Source: Bacteroidia bacterium (GTDB lineage: Bacteria; Bacteroidota; Bacteroidia; UKL13-3). Taken from it: DNA of 64,000 bases. The notes under the pieces are model-generated. The model was not told where the DNA came from. It made no database searches and saw only the letters and a program-made list of their open reading frames with translations. The stretch lies in assembly GCA_046296495.1 (NCBI GenBank), contig JBKBLB010000002.1, positions 22,590 to 86,589 of the forward strand, in the 5' to 3' direction. Both the position numbers and the translations under genes were made by a program. This document shows positions 49,994 to 59,951 of this stretch, one piece after another; the first letter of the stretch is position 1, and each line of letters begins with the position of its first letter.

Positions 49994-50494
49994 ATGAATG
50001 CCGAGTATTATATAAATAAGCTTGGTTTAACAAAACATATCGAAGGTGGGAGTTTTAAAGAAACTTACCGAAGCAAAATGTTGTTACCAAACAATATTAT
50101 TGATAGTAATTTTGCCGGTACTCGAAGTATTAGTACAGCTATTTACTTTTTGCTTGAACACAATCAATTCTCAGCTTTTCATAAAATTGCAAGTGATGAA
50201 ATGTGGCACTTTTATGCAGGTAATACCCTAACAGTATATGAGATTGAACCCAATGGAAATTTAAAAAAACATTTATTAGGTTCAAACCTTGATGCTGGTG
50301 AAACATTTCAGTGTGTTATAAAAGCAGGCAATTGGTTTGCAAGCCGATGCGAAGTTATAAATGGTTTTAGTCTTGTTGGTTGTACCGTTGCTCCGGGCTT
50401 TGATTTTGAAGACTTTTTGCTAGCCGATAGAAATGAACTATTGGCATTATACCCACAGCATAAACAAATAATAACAGAACTTACATACTCATGA
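49994..50494 (+). CDS. Cupin-fold protein (DUF985-like)
   Basis: LTKHIEGGSFKETYRS...AIYFLLE...FSAFHKI...EMWHFYAG; starts 4 nt after the gldC stop. Confidence 0.65.
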   Translation: MNAEYYINKLGLTKHIEGGSFKETYRSKMLLPNNIIDSNFAGTRSISTAIYFLLEHNQFSAFHKIASDEMWHFYAGNTLTVYEIEPNGNLKKHLLGSNLDAGETFQCVIKAGNWFASRCEVINGFSLVGCTVAPGFDFEDFLLADRNELLALYPQHKQIITELTYS

Positions 50495-51036
50495 ATTTTG
50501 CCGTTTATTGCGGTTCAAGCAAAGGACATTTGCCTATTTATACAAAATCTGCCAAAGAGTTGGCAAAAGTTATGGTTGATAACAATATCAATATGGTTTA
50601 TGGAGGAGGCAATATAGGTTTGATGGGTGTTATGGCTGATGAAGTTATGAATTTGGGTGGAAAAGTTTATGGAGTAATACCAAAAATATTGGCCGAAAAA
50701 GAGGTAGCACACTATGGTATTACCGAATTGTTTATTGTTAACAATATGCACGAACGAAAAGCCAAAATGTTTGAATTAAGTAATGCAATTATTGCTCTAC
50801 CTGGTGGTATTGGCACTATGGAAGAACTTTTTGAAGCGCTTACATGGAACCAAATCGGCATTCACCACAAACCATGCGGAATACTAGATACAAACAATTA
50901 TTACAAATACTTTGAAATATTCTTAGAACACATGGTAAACGAAGGATTTCTTAGAACCACTCATAAGAACTTATTAAAATTTAGCACAAATGCAAGCGAA
51001 TTGGTTGAAATGTTGATTAAAAAAATTTCAAAATAA
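50491..51036 (+). CDS. LOG-family cytokinin riboside 5'-monophosphate phosphoribohydrolase-like protein
   Basis: VYCGSS...VYGGGNIGLMG...LPGGIGTMEELFE signature; ATGA overlap with the cupin gene. Confidence 0.85.
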   Translation: MNFAVYCGSSKGHLPIYTKSAKELAKVMVDNNINMVYGGGNIGLMGVMADEVMNLGGKVYGVIPKILAEKEVAHYGITELFIVNNMHERKAKMFELSNAIIALPGGIGTMEELFEALTWNQIGIHHKPCGILDTNNYYKYFEIFLEHMVNEGFLRTTHKNLLKFSTNASELVEMLIKKISK

Positions 51037-51109
51037 ATCTTTCAAAATGATAGATTCTTTTAAAAATCTTGTTTCGGGCAATTAAAGAAAAGAAGTTTAT
51101 GAAATACTT

Positions 51110-51580
51110 TTACTTTTTGGTGTAGTATTTCTTTTTCATGTCCTCAAGTATTGGTTTAAGCTGTTCAGCGTTTTTGTAACCAACAACAATTTCAGATTTT
51201 TTCTCTTTTGGATATAAAAATATGGTAGTTGGATAGCCCGAAATTTGGTAGTTACTTATAACGCCTGCCAGTTGCTCTCCGGTGTACTCTTTGCCTTCAA
51301 ATTTATATACAACACCTGTAATTTCAGGATTAAATTTTACGGGTATAAAATCGCTGTTTACTATTTTGCTAATTTCTTCTTTAGCATAAGCATCTCTATC
51401 CATTTTTTTGCACCAGCCACACCAATCGGTATAAACATCAACTATCATTATTTTACCTTTTTTTTGAGCCAAATTATATCCTGTATTAAAATCAAGCCAT
51501 TTAATTTCATCGTTGGCAGGCTTAAAACCGAAAACAATTAATGCAAGTAGTGCAGTTGTTAATATTGAAATTCTTTTCAT
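51110..51580 (-). CDS. Secreted thioredoxin-fold protein
   Basis: Signal peptide; TDWCGWCKKM active-site motif. Confidence 0.7.
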   Translation of the reverse strand: MKRISILTTALLALIVFGFKPANDEIKWLDFNTGYNLAQKKGKIMIVDVYTDWCGWCKKMDRDAYAKEEISKIVNSDFIPVKFNPEITGVVYKFEGKEYTGEQLAGVISNYQISGYPTTIFLYPKEKKSEIVVGYKNAEQLKPILEDMKKKYYTKK

Positions 51581-51639
51581 GTTAATTATTTAGTTATTGG
51601 TTCAAATATAAAAATTATTGACATAAACCATGCCAAATA

Positions 51640-52893
51640 TTAAATGGCTTCTGCCATATTTATTACACGGTCTTTCACATAAACGCCATCGGCTAATTTT
51701 TTCCTTACTTCGGTAAAAGCCTTAATGGTATAATTTACATCGTCTAATGTATGAACAGCCGTAGGAATTAACCTTAACAAAATCATACCTTTGGGTATAA
51801 CAGGGTAAACCACAACCGAACAGAATATATTATAATTTTCTCTTAAATCATGTACTACCGATGTGCTCTCCGGTACTGAACCATGCATCATTACAGGTGT
51901 TACGCAACTATTGGTTTTTCCTAAGTCGAAACCTGCTTCTCTAAGCCCGTTTTGCAGACCATTTACAATTTTCCATAAATTTTCTTTATATTCAGGATGT
52001 TTGCGAATTAAATCCAATCGCTTTAATGCCCCTAAAACTATTGGCATTGGCAAAGATTTAGCGTAAATTTGAGAGCGAAGATTGTAACGTAAATATTTTA
52101 CAACGTGTTTGTCGGCAGCAATAAAACCACCAATTAAAGCCATACTTTTTGCAAATGTACCAAAGTAAATATCAATTTCGTTTTGGCATCCTTGCTCTTC
52201 ACCTGCTCCGGCACCAGTTTTGCCAAGGGTACCAAATCCATGAGCATCATCAACAAATAATCTGAAATTATATTTTTCCTTGAGTGCTGCAATTTCTTTT
52301 AATTTACCTTGAGCTCCGGTCATTCCAAAAACACCTTCAGTTATTACTAATATGGCTCCACCTGTTTCATTGGTAATTTTGTTTGCTCTTATCAGTTGTT
52401 TTTCAAGGCTGCTAATATTATTGTGTTCAAAAATAAAACGCTTACCCAGGTGCAATCTAACTCCATCAACAATACATGCATGACTTTCGGCATCATATAC
52501 AATTACATCATGGCGATCTACCAATGCATCAATGGCACTAACCATTCCCTGATAACCGTAATTTACTAGTACAGCATCTTGTTTTCCAACAAATGCAGCT
52601 AATTCAGCATCAAGTTGTTCGTGATAGATGCTGTTTCCACTCATCATTCTGGCGCCCATTGGTGCAGCAAGACCATAGTCGGCAGCAGCTTTAGCATCGG
52701 TTGCCCTAACTTCGGGGTGATTGGCCAAACCTAAATAATTATTTAAGCTCCAATTTAGCATTCTTTTACCTCTAAAGTTCATGTAAGGACCAATTTCACC
52801 TTCTAATTTAGGAAACATATAATATCCGTAGGCATCATCAGCATATTGTCCTAACGGACCTGCTTTGTGTTTTAGTTTTTCAAATAAATCCAT
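51640..52893 (-). CDS. Alpha-oxoamine synthase family PLP enzyme (serine palmitoyltransferase / cysteate-fatty-acyltransferase-like)
   Basis: 417 aa, colinear with Kbl/BioF/SPT. The PLP-lysine context GTFAKSMA is closer to the SPT-type (TFSKS) than the Kbl-type (TLGKA). Confidence 0.75.
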   Translation of the reverse strand: MDLFEKLKHKAGPLGQYADDAYGYYMFPKLEGEIGPYMNFRGKRMLNWSLNNYLGLANHPEVRATDAKAAADYGLAAPMGARMMSGNSIYHEQLDAELAAFVGKQDAVLVNYGYQGMVSAIDALVDRHDVIVYDAESHACIVDGVRLHLGKRFIFEHNNISSLEKQLIRANKITNETGGAILVITEGVFGMTGAQGKLKEIAALKEKYNFRLFVDDAHGFGTLGKTGAGAGEEQGCQNEIDIYFGTFAKSMALIGGFIAADKHVVKYLRYNLRSQIYAKSLPMPIVLGALKRLDLIRKHPEYKENLWKIVNGLQNGLREAGFDLGKTNSCVTPVMMHGSVPESTSVVHDLRENYNIFCSVVVYPVIPKGMILLRLIPTAVHTLDDVNYTIKAFTEVRKKLADGVYVKDRVINMAEAI

Positions 52894-53034
52894 ACTTTAA
52901 AATTGAGCAAAAATAGTTTATTGGGGTATTATGTCAATTATTTGTTGTGTACATTTTTATGAAACCATAATGAATCTTGAAATTGTTAAATTATTTGTTA
53001 ATTTTATTAATATAGGTTCAACTATAATTGCCTC

Positions 53035-54150
53035 ATGAGATATTTGTTATTTATTTTAAAATTTTCAATTTCAATTCAATCATTTGCACAAAACTTATAC
53101 CCTGTTGAGAAAAAACGTAAATGGGGTTATATGAATAGCGAAGGTAAAATGGTGATTGATTTTAAATACGACTTAGCCATGCCTTTTAATAACGGCTATG
53201 CAATGGTTGCGCTAAACAGAATGCCATGCCTTATAAACAAAAACGAAAAAAGAGTTATAGATACCGGTTTATATCAATTTATAGGAAAATACAATGAAGG
53301 ATTAATTAGTGTAATGGACTATAAATTTAGAAGATTTTATCTTGATACAACAGGAAAAGTAAAAATAACGCTTGATAAAGAAATATACGATGCCGGTACA
53401 TTTTATAAAGGTGTAGCAAGAGTAAGTAAAAAGGTAATAAGTGTTGAAAATAAATATGGTTTCGATATTAGTAATTTAGAATACAAATTTGCTTATATTA
53501 AAAAAGATGGCAGCTATATAACAGATTTTATTTTTGATGATTGTGATGAGTTTAGCAACTACCCTGCAAGGTACATGCAAGGAACAAAATTTGGCTTGGT
53601 TGATACAAATGGAACTATAATTACTAAAGCAATTTACACAAATATCAGCGAGTTTAATGAAGATTTAGCTGTTGTGAATTTAAATGGAAAGTTTGGCTTT
53701 GTAAATAAAAAAGGTGTTGATGTAATAAAGCCTACATATGAATTTGCACGAATGTTTAATAACGGACTTGCTGCCGTTGAAGTAAACGGGAAAAAGGGAT
53801 ATATTAATAAACAAGGTGCCATTGTAGTTGAACCAATTTATGAAGAGGTTCGTCCATGTGCAGAAAATCGTTGTGCAGTAAAAACCATGAATAAATGGGG
53901 GTTTATTGATTTTAACGGAAAAACAATTTACAATGCTCAATTTGATGATGCAGGAACTTTTAGCGAAGGTATTTGTGCAATTAAACGAAATGGCAAATGG
54001 GGAGCATTTGATAAAGAAGGCAGAGTTGTAGTGCCTTTTGAATTTGATTATATAGGAACATTTGAAAACGGAATTGCGGAGGTGGTTTTTAGAGGAATTA
54101 ATCTTTATGTTAACAGAAGAGGAGAATTATTGCCAAAAACAAGTGATTAA
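53035..54150 (+). CDS. Secreted WG-repeat (KWG) protein
   Basis: Signal peptide. About eight repeats of the K(W/Y)G(F/Y)(I/M)(N/D)..G pattern (KWGYMNSEGK, KYGFDISN, KFGLVDTNG, KFGFVNKKG, KKGYINKQG, KWGFIDFNG, KWGAFDKEG). Confidence 0.7.
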   Translation: MRYLLFILKFSISIQSFAQNLYPVEKKRKWGYMNSEGKMVIDFKYDLAMPFNNGYAMVALNRMPCLINKNEKRVIDTGLYQFIGKYNEGLISVMDYKFRRFYLDTTGKVKITLDKEIYDAGTFYKGVARVSKKVISVENKYGFDISNLEYKFAYIKKDGSYITDFIFDDCDEFSNYPARYMQGTKFGLVDTNGTIITKAIYTNISEFNEDLAVVNLNGKFGFVNKKGVDVIKPTYEFARMFNNGLAAVEVNGKKGYINKQGAIVVEPIYEEVRPCAENRCAVKTMNKWGFIDFNGKTIYNAQFDDAGTFSEGICAIKRNGKWGAFDKEGRVVVPFEFDYIGTFENGIAEVVFRGINLYVNRRGELLPKTSD

Positions 54151-54310
54151 TTAACTTCAATTGCATTTTCGGGTATTTTTAATGTAATACTAATAATAAA
54201 CTTATTACGTTTTAGTTTAAAATTTATGTTGTATAAACTTTACATAGTTGATTTTTCTATTGTTTATTGGTTAATAAATAAAAAATTATCAGAGAAAATG
54301 GCTGTTTAAC

Positions 54311-55198
54311 TTGCGACAATATACATCAATGGAAAAATCAACATATTACATAGATAATTCAGATAACAAGCACAAAATATTTGGTGCAGCAGGTTCTTTT
54401 TTACTACATGCAATGCTTGTTTTGGGTTTAATGTTTTTTATACTATATCCACCTAATCCTCCTTTAGAAGAAGCCGGAATGACCATGAGCCTTGGTGAAG
54501 AAAATATGGGTGGACCTGCTGATTACCCTGTTGAAAATCCTCAACCCAACGAAAGATATACAGAAATAACTCAACAGGTAGAAGAGCAACCACCGGTAAC
54601 ACAAGATGTGGAGGAAAGTGTTGAAATAAACAATTCGCCTAAAAAAGAAAAAGATAAACCTAAAAAAGAAATACCTGTACCGGTTGAAAAACCTAAACCA
54701 ACCGAAGAAGAAAAACCAAAATTAGAGCTACCTGCAAAAGTAGATATGCGCGCAATGTTTACTAAATCGAATAAAAACATTGGAGAAGGTGGGCGTGGCG
54801 ATGGGGATATACCAGGTAACGAAGGAAGGCCTGATGGCGATCCAAATGGAGACCCTGATGGAAGAGGTTTAGGAAATTACGGAACCGGTACTGGAAGAGA
54901 AGGTAGCGGCACAGGCCGAGATGGAGTAAGCTACGAATTAGCCGGTAGAAGCATAAAAAAACTACCTCAAATTGAAGACAACAGCCGCGAAACAGGTAAG
55001 GTAGTAGTAAGTATTGTTGTTAATAGAAATGGCGAAGTTATAAAAGCCGTACCCGGACAAAAAGGCACCACCACTTTAAGTCCGGCTTTGCTTGAAAAAG
55101 CTAAACAAGGTGCTTTGCAAGCTAAATTTTCATCAAGAGATGATGGACCTGATGAGCAATTTGGTTCAATGACTTTTATATTCAGGTTTAAACCTTAG
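54311..55198 (+). CDS. TonB-like energy transducer with Pro/Glu/Lys-rich and Gly/Asp-rich linkers
   Basis: An N-terminal TM anchor (FGAAGSFLLHAMLVLGLMFFILY), a PEK-rich spacer (EKPKPTEEEKPKLELP), a GD-rich tract (GRGDGDIPGNEGRPDGDPNGDPDGRG) and a C-terminal TonB-C-like domain (GKVVVSIVVNRNGEV). Confidence 0.65.
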   Translation: MRQYTSMEKSTYYIDNSDNKHKIFGAAGSFLLHAMLVLGLMFFILYPPNPPLEEAGMTMSLGEENMGGPADYPVENPQPNERYTEITQQVEEQPPVTQDVEESVEINNSPKKEKDKPKKEIPVPVEKPKPTEEEKPKLELPAKVDMRAMFTKSNKNIGEGGRGDGDIPGNEGRPDGDPNGDPDGRGLGNYGTGTGREGSGTGRDGVSYELAGRSIKKLPQIEDNSRETGKVVVSIVVNRNGEVIKAVPGQKGTTTLSPALLEKAKQGALQAKFSSRDDGPDEQFGSMTFIFRFKP

Positions 55199-55211
55199 TG
55201 TGTTTTATTAA

Positions 55212-56507
55212 GTGAATTACAAAGAAACTGTTGACTATTTGTACAGCATGTTGCCAATGTTTACACGTATTGGGGCTGCTGCAATTAAAAAAGATTTAAC
55301 TAATACCATTGCTATTTGTAATGCATTAAATAACCCTCAACAGCATTATAAAACCATTCATATTGCAGGTACAAACGGCAAAGGATCAACAAGCCACATG
55401 CTTGCTGCTATTTTGCAACAAGCAGGATATAAAACAGGCCTTTATACTTCGCCACACTTAATTGATTTTAGAGAAAGAATAAGAGTAAATGGCAAACCTG
55501 TTAGCGAAGTGGATGTTGTATTATTTGTTGAGCGAAATAAAACGTTAATTGAGCAAATAAAACCAAGTTTTTTTGAGTGTACTGTTGCAATGGCATTTTG
55601 GTATTTTTCCATTCAAGAAGTTGATATTGCAGTAGTGGAAACCGGCCTTGGAGGCAGGTTGGATTCAACCAATGTGGTAAAACCCGAATTAAGCATTATA
55701 ACTAATATCGGCTTTGATCATATGGATTTATTAGGTGATACACTTGATAAAATTGCATTTGAAAAAGCCGGAATTATTAAAAAAAATACTCCGGTTGTTG
55801 TAGGCGAATATCTTAGTATTACAGAACCTGTTTTTACAGAAAAAGCAAGTAAAGAAAATGCTAAAATAGTTTTTGTTCAAGACGAAGTGAAGATAAATGA
55901 CTTTTGTTTAACCAATAACGGTTGTAGCATTTCGGTTCAAACGCAACAAAATAAATACGATAATGTTACCTGCGATTTGGGTGGATTGTATCAAAAACAA
56001 AATATTGCAACCGTTATCAAATCGGTAGAAGAATTAAATGGTTTGAGATTTAAAATAACTAAACAAGACCTGTTTAACGGATTGGCTCAAACAAAAAAAC
56101 TAACTGGGTTACTTGGTCGTTGGCAAATATTAAGTAATCATCCGCTTACAATAACTGATGTTGGTCATAATGTTGATGGAATTTCATTTATAGTAAAACA
56201 GCTTGAGCTTTATAATTTTAATAAATTACACATGGTTTTTGGCATGGTAAAAGATAAAGATATTACCAAAGTTTTGGCATTATTACCTAAACATGCAATA
56301 TTTTACTTTACCAAAGCTAATTTGCCTAGAGCCTTAAACGAAAAAGATTTAAAGCAACTAGCATTGCAATTTAATTTACAAGGCATTGCTTTTGAAACAG
56401 TAAAAGATGCTATTAAAGAAGCTAAGAAAAATGCAAGCGAAAATGATTTAATTTTTATTGGAGGAAGTACATTTGTAGTTGCCGAGGCATTACCTTATTA
56501 CATGTAA
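55212..56507 (+). CDS. folC: Bifunctional folylpolyglutamate synthase / dihydrofolate synthase
   Basis: P-loop HIAGTNGKGSTS; Mur-ligase family architecture. Confidence 0.85.
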   Translation: MNYKETVDYLYSMLPMFTRIGAAAIKKDLTNTIAICNALNNPQQHYKTIHIAGTNGKGSTSHMLAAILQQAGYKTGLYTSPHLIDFRERIRVNGKPVSEVDVVLFVERNKTLIEQIKPSFFECTVAMAFWYFSIQEVDIAVVETGLGGRLDSTNVVKPELSIITNIGFDHMDLLGDTLDKIAFEKAGIIKKNTPVVVGEYLSITEPVFTEKASKENAKIVFVQDEVKINDFCLTNNGCSISVQTQQNKYDNVTCDLGGLYQKQNIATVIKSVEELNGLRFKITKQDLFNGLAQTKKLTGLLGRWQILSNHPLTITDVGHNVDGISFIVKQLELYNFNKLHMVFGMVKDKDITKVLALLPKHAIFYFTKANLPRALNEKDLKQLALQFNLQGIAFETVKDAIKEAKKNASENDLIFIGGSTFVVAEALPYYM

Positions 56508-56557
56508 GCTAATTGTTTAAAATGTTTTATTGTTAAAGTAAAGCAATAAATCTTCAT

Positions 56558-58480
56558 TCAATTGCTTTCAAGTTCCATTAGTTCTATAAACAAAGCTTCG
56601 TATTCTTTTTCCATAAATACCAAAGCCTTTTTTTCGGCATCATACTCGTTTTTAAGGTCTTTTAATTTGGCCGAATCGTTTATGTTTTCTGGTAAAGTAA
56701 AAGCATTCTCTATTTCATTAATTTTGCTTTTTGTGTATTCTATTTTTTGTTCAAAATCTTCAAACTTCTTTCTAAGTTGTTGTATGTAATTGTTATTGGT
56801 TTTTTTGTCTTTTAAATCATCATGTTTATGCAATTTTTGTGTTTGCTTTGTCTTTTCGGTTTTAATTTCTGCTTTTGTTTGTTCTAGTTTGCTAAGCCAA
56901 TAATTATATTCTTCGTAATTTCCAGGATATTCTTTAATTAATCCATCTTCAATATACCAAATTTTATTGGCAATTTCCGAAACAAAATACCTGTCGTGAC
57001 TTACAACAATAAAAGTTCCGGTGTATTGCTGTAAAGCTTGAATAAGGATGTTAATACTTCGCATATCAAGGTGGTTTGTAGGCTCGTCAAGCAATAAAAA
57101 ATTTGCTTCAGCCAGTAAAGTTTTTGCCAATGCAACCCTTGCTTTTTCGCCACCGCTCAACACTTTAATTTTTTTAAACACTTCATCACCTTCAAATAAA
57201 AAACAACCAAGCAAAGTTCTTAATTCGGTTTCAGTGCTGTCTGACCCAAACTGTTGCAGTTCCTGTAAAATTTCATTATTCAGGTTTAAACTTTCTAATT
57301 GATGCTGAGCATAAAATGCAGTTTTTACATTATAACCTATTTGCACTTCACCTTCGTCAGGCATTTCTGTTTGAGCCAATAATCGAAGCATTGTAGATTT
57401 TCCCTTTCCATTAGCCCCAATCAAAGCAATTTTATCTCCACGTTCAATTCTTGCTTCGGTATTTTTTACAATAGGCACCCCCGGATATTCTTTGGTTATT
57501 TTATGCAATTCGGCTACATTTCTACCGGGCTGTTGAGCAATTTTAAAACGAATATTTATTTGACGATTATCATCTTCCGGAGCTTCTACTTTTTCTAGTC
57601 TATCGAGCATTTTTATACGGCTTTGGGCCATGCTTGCCTTACTTGCTTTGGCTTTAAATCTATTAATTAGTTGTTCTTGTTGTTTTATATATTGTTGTTG
57701 GTTTGCAAATGCACGTTGTTGCAACTCTACGCGTTCCTGCCTTGCTTCAAGATAAAAAGAATAATTGCCCGGGTATTCGGTAATTTTTTGCATGCTTACT
57801 TCCACAATTTTGTTCACCATTCTATTTAAAAAATAGCGGTCGTGGCTCACTACTATTACCGTTCCATTGTATCCTTTCAGGTATTCTTCAAGCCAAATAA
57901 TACTAGGTAAATCAAGGTGGTTGGTTGGCTCATCAAGCATAAGTAAATTTGGCTGTTGCAATAAAATTTTAGCAAGCATTACACGCATACGCCAACCACC
58001 GCTAAAATGGTTGTATGGTTGAGAAAGTTGAGCGGTTGAAAAACCAAGTCCTTCAAGAACTTTTTCGCATTTATGACGAATATTATAGCCGTCTAATTGT
58101 TCAAATTCCTCTTGTTTTTCGCTAAGTGCATTTAAAATTTCATCGCTGTGGTCGGTTTCTAGTTTTGCAATTATATCTTCAATTTCTTTTTCAAGTTGCA
58201 AAGCTCTTTCAAAAGCGCCCATAGCAACATCAATAATAGGGGAGTTGCTGCTAAAGCTTAGCTGATCTTGATTTAAAAAGCCAATGGTTAAATCTTTGGG
58301 TTTGCTTATGCTGCCTTCGGTAAGGCTAAATTCGCCATTTATAATTCTAAGCAGGGTAGATTTTCCGGTTCCGTTTAATCCAATTAAACCAATTCTTTCG
58401 TTTGGTTTTATGTGCCAATTTGCATTTCGGTATAAAAACCTTCCGCCAAATTCAAATCCAATATCGTTTAAAGCTATCAT
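56558..58480 (-). CDS. ABC-F family ATPase (two ABC domains, no TMD)
   Basis: 640 aa; two Walker A sites (GLNGTGKST and GANGKGKST), two LSGG signature motifs, an inter-domain linker and a C-terminal coiled-coil extension. Confidence 0.85.
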   Translation of the reverse strand: MIALNDIGFEFGGRFLYRNANWHIKPNERIGLIGLNGTGKSTLLRIINGEFSLTEGSISKPKDLTIGFLNQDQLSFSSNSPIIDVAMGAFERALQLEKEIEDIIAKLETDHSDEILNALSEKQEEFEQLDGYNIRHKCEKVLEGLGFSTAQLSQPYNHFSGGWRMRVMLAKILLQQPNLLMLDEPTNHLDLPSIIWLEEYLKGYNGTVIVVSHDRYFLNRMVNKIVEVSMQKITEYPGNYSFYLEARQERVELQQRAFANQQQYIKQQEQLINRFKAKASKASMAQSRIKMLDRLEKVEAPEDDNRQINIRFKIAQQPGRNVAELHKITKEYPGVPIVKNTEARIERGDKIALIGANGKGKSTMLRLLAQTEMPDEGEVQIGYNVKTAFYAQHQLESLNLNNEILQELQQFGSDSTETELRTLLGCFLFEGDEVFKKIKVLSGGEKARVALAKTLLAEANFLLLDEPTNHLDMRSINILIQALQQYTGTFIVVSHDRYFVSEIANKIWYIEDGLIKEYPGNYEEYNYWLSKLEQTKAEIKTEKTKQTQKLHKHDDLKDKKTNNNYIQQLRKKFEDFEQKIEYTKSKINEIENAFTLPENINDSAKLKDLKNEYDAEKKALVFMEKEYEALFIELMELESN

Positions 58481-58547
58481 TTTTGCGCGGCAAAGGTAAT
58501 TTATTCAACTTTATATACTATTATAAAATCAATATTATCAACAAATA

Positions 58548-59951
58548 TCACTTAATGGGTTCAACCAAAATTACTTCTTCTTTATCTACCAAAACTTGTC
58601 CGGGCAATGAGCCTTTTGGTTTTCTTACATATTTTTTTAATGTATAACTTACAGGAACCAACGAACTGTGTTTGGCCTTGCTATATGCAGCTGCTATTGA
58701 TGCGGCATAAGCAATTACCTCTTTTGTAAAAGGTTTATTGCCTAGTTGTTTTATAACCACATGGCTGCCTGTAACATCTTTAGCATGTAGCCACATATCG
58801 TTTTTGTGTGCATGTTTTAGGGTAAGTTCATCATTATTAGCTGCACTTTTTCCAACCCAAATGGTAAAGCCGTTATATGTAAATGTTTTAAATTTTTCAG
58901 TTTTATTTTCAGATTTTTTTTCTTGTTTTTCAAACAGGGGTTTTAAGTCTTTTAAGTTTGCTGCTTTTTCAATTTGCTTGAGTATTTCATTAGCAAATAC
59001 TTGTTGCTGTTGGTATTGAGTCAGTTTTTGCTCTAGCGTTTTTATTTGGGTTGAAATACTTTTTGCTTTTTTGTAATAGTACGAAGCATTTTCTTGGGGA
59101 CTTAAGTCTTTTTTTAACTTGATTTCAACTTCACAATTGTTATAAAAATCGAAAAGTTTTGCAGTAGTAGTACCTTTTTGTAATTGGTGCAAATTTGCCA
59201 TTATTATATGCCCCAATTGTTCGAGAGTTGTTTGTGTCGGCAGGTTATTTAAGGCAATTTTTGTAGAGAGTATTCCGGCTTCTGACTTTTTTAAAAGTGA
59301 TGTATATTTTTCAATAAGACTAAGTTTTGTACTGATAAATTTAGTTTGAGCCAAAAATAATTTGGCAAAAAAATTACTTGCCTGTAAGGCATTTTCGCCT
59401 TTGTATAATAAATCTTCACAACCTTTATTTTCGGTAATTATTGCTACTTGCGGTTTACCGCATACCATGAAGGTTTGTAGTAAATTTTTGCTTGCATCGG
59501 ATAATTCTTCATTATTAATCTCAAATTCGTTATCACTTTCAATCTCCGGTTTGAATAGTGAAATTACCTGATTGTTTGGGTTCAATAATAAAATATTAGC
59601 CAGCGGGCCATATAGTTTAAAAACCAAATTAAATTGGTTTGTAAAAGTTAATAAAAACAACCTATCGTTTGCATTGATTTGTATTTTAAAAGTAACATTC
59701 AGTACATCCTTAAATAAAGGATAAACACCATCTGTTCTTGCATGAAGAAATTCATCAAAAAATAAAAAAAATGTATTGTGTTGAACCATAAGTCTTATAC
59801 TTAAGCAATTGCCATTGGTATCAGCAAAATTTAAAACACATTCGCTTTTATTTTTCCTGAATGCATCAACCAATACAAAACCAAATAAAGTTTGTTGCAA
59901 ACAGGCAGCAACAGCATGTATAAAATTTTTATGCTGGTGTAGCGATTGCAT
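58548..59951 (-). CDS. NFACT-R (DUF814) domain protein (RqcH/FbpA-related)
   Basis: 467 aa. The C-terminus WVGKSAANNDELTLKHAHKNDMWLHAKDVTGSHVVIK matches the NFACT-R/DUF814 signature. The N-terminal half is divergent. Confidence 0.6.
   Translation of the reverse strand: MQSLHQHKNFIHAVAACLQQTLFGFVLVDAFRKNKSECVLNFADTNGNCLSIRLMVQHNTFFLFFDEFLHARTDGVYPLFKDVLNVTFKIQINANDRLFLLTFTNQFNLVFKLYGPLANILLLNPNNQVISLFKPEIESDNEFEINNEELSDASKNLLQTFMVCGKPQVAIITENKGCEDLLYKGENALQASNFFAKLFLAQTKFISTKLSLIEKYTSLLKKSEAGILSTKIALNNLPTQTTLEQLGHIIMANLHQLQKGTTTAKLFDFYNNCEVEIKLKKDLSPQENASYYYKKAKSISTQIKTLEQKLTQYQQQQVFANEILKQIEKAANLKDLKPLFEKQEKKSENKTEKFKTFTYNGFTIWVGKSAANNDELTLKHAHKNDMWLHAKDVTGSHVVIKQLGNKPFTKEVIAYAASIAAAYSKAKHSSLVPVSYTLKKYVRKPKGSLPGQVLVDKEEVILVEPIK

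Noticed and set aside
51037-51109. Possible terminator hairpin after the LOG gene (GAAATAC-N18-GTATTTC)
   Set aside because: 7-bp stem with an 18-nt loop and no clean T-run; too weak to call.
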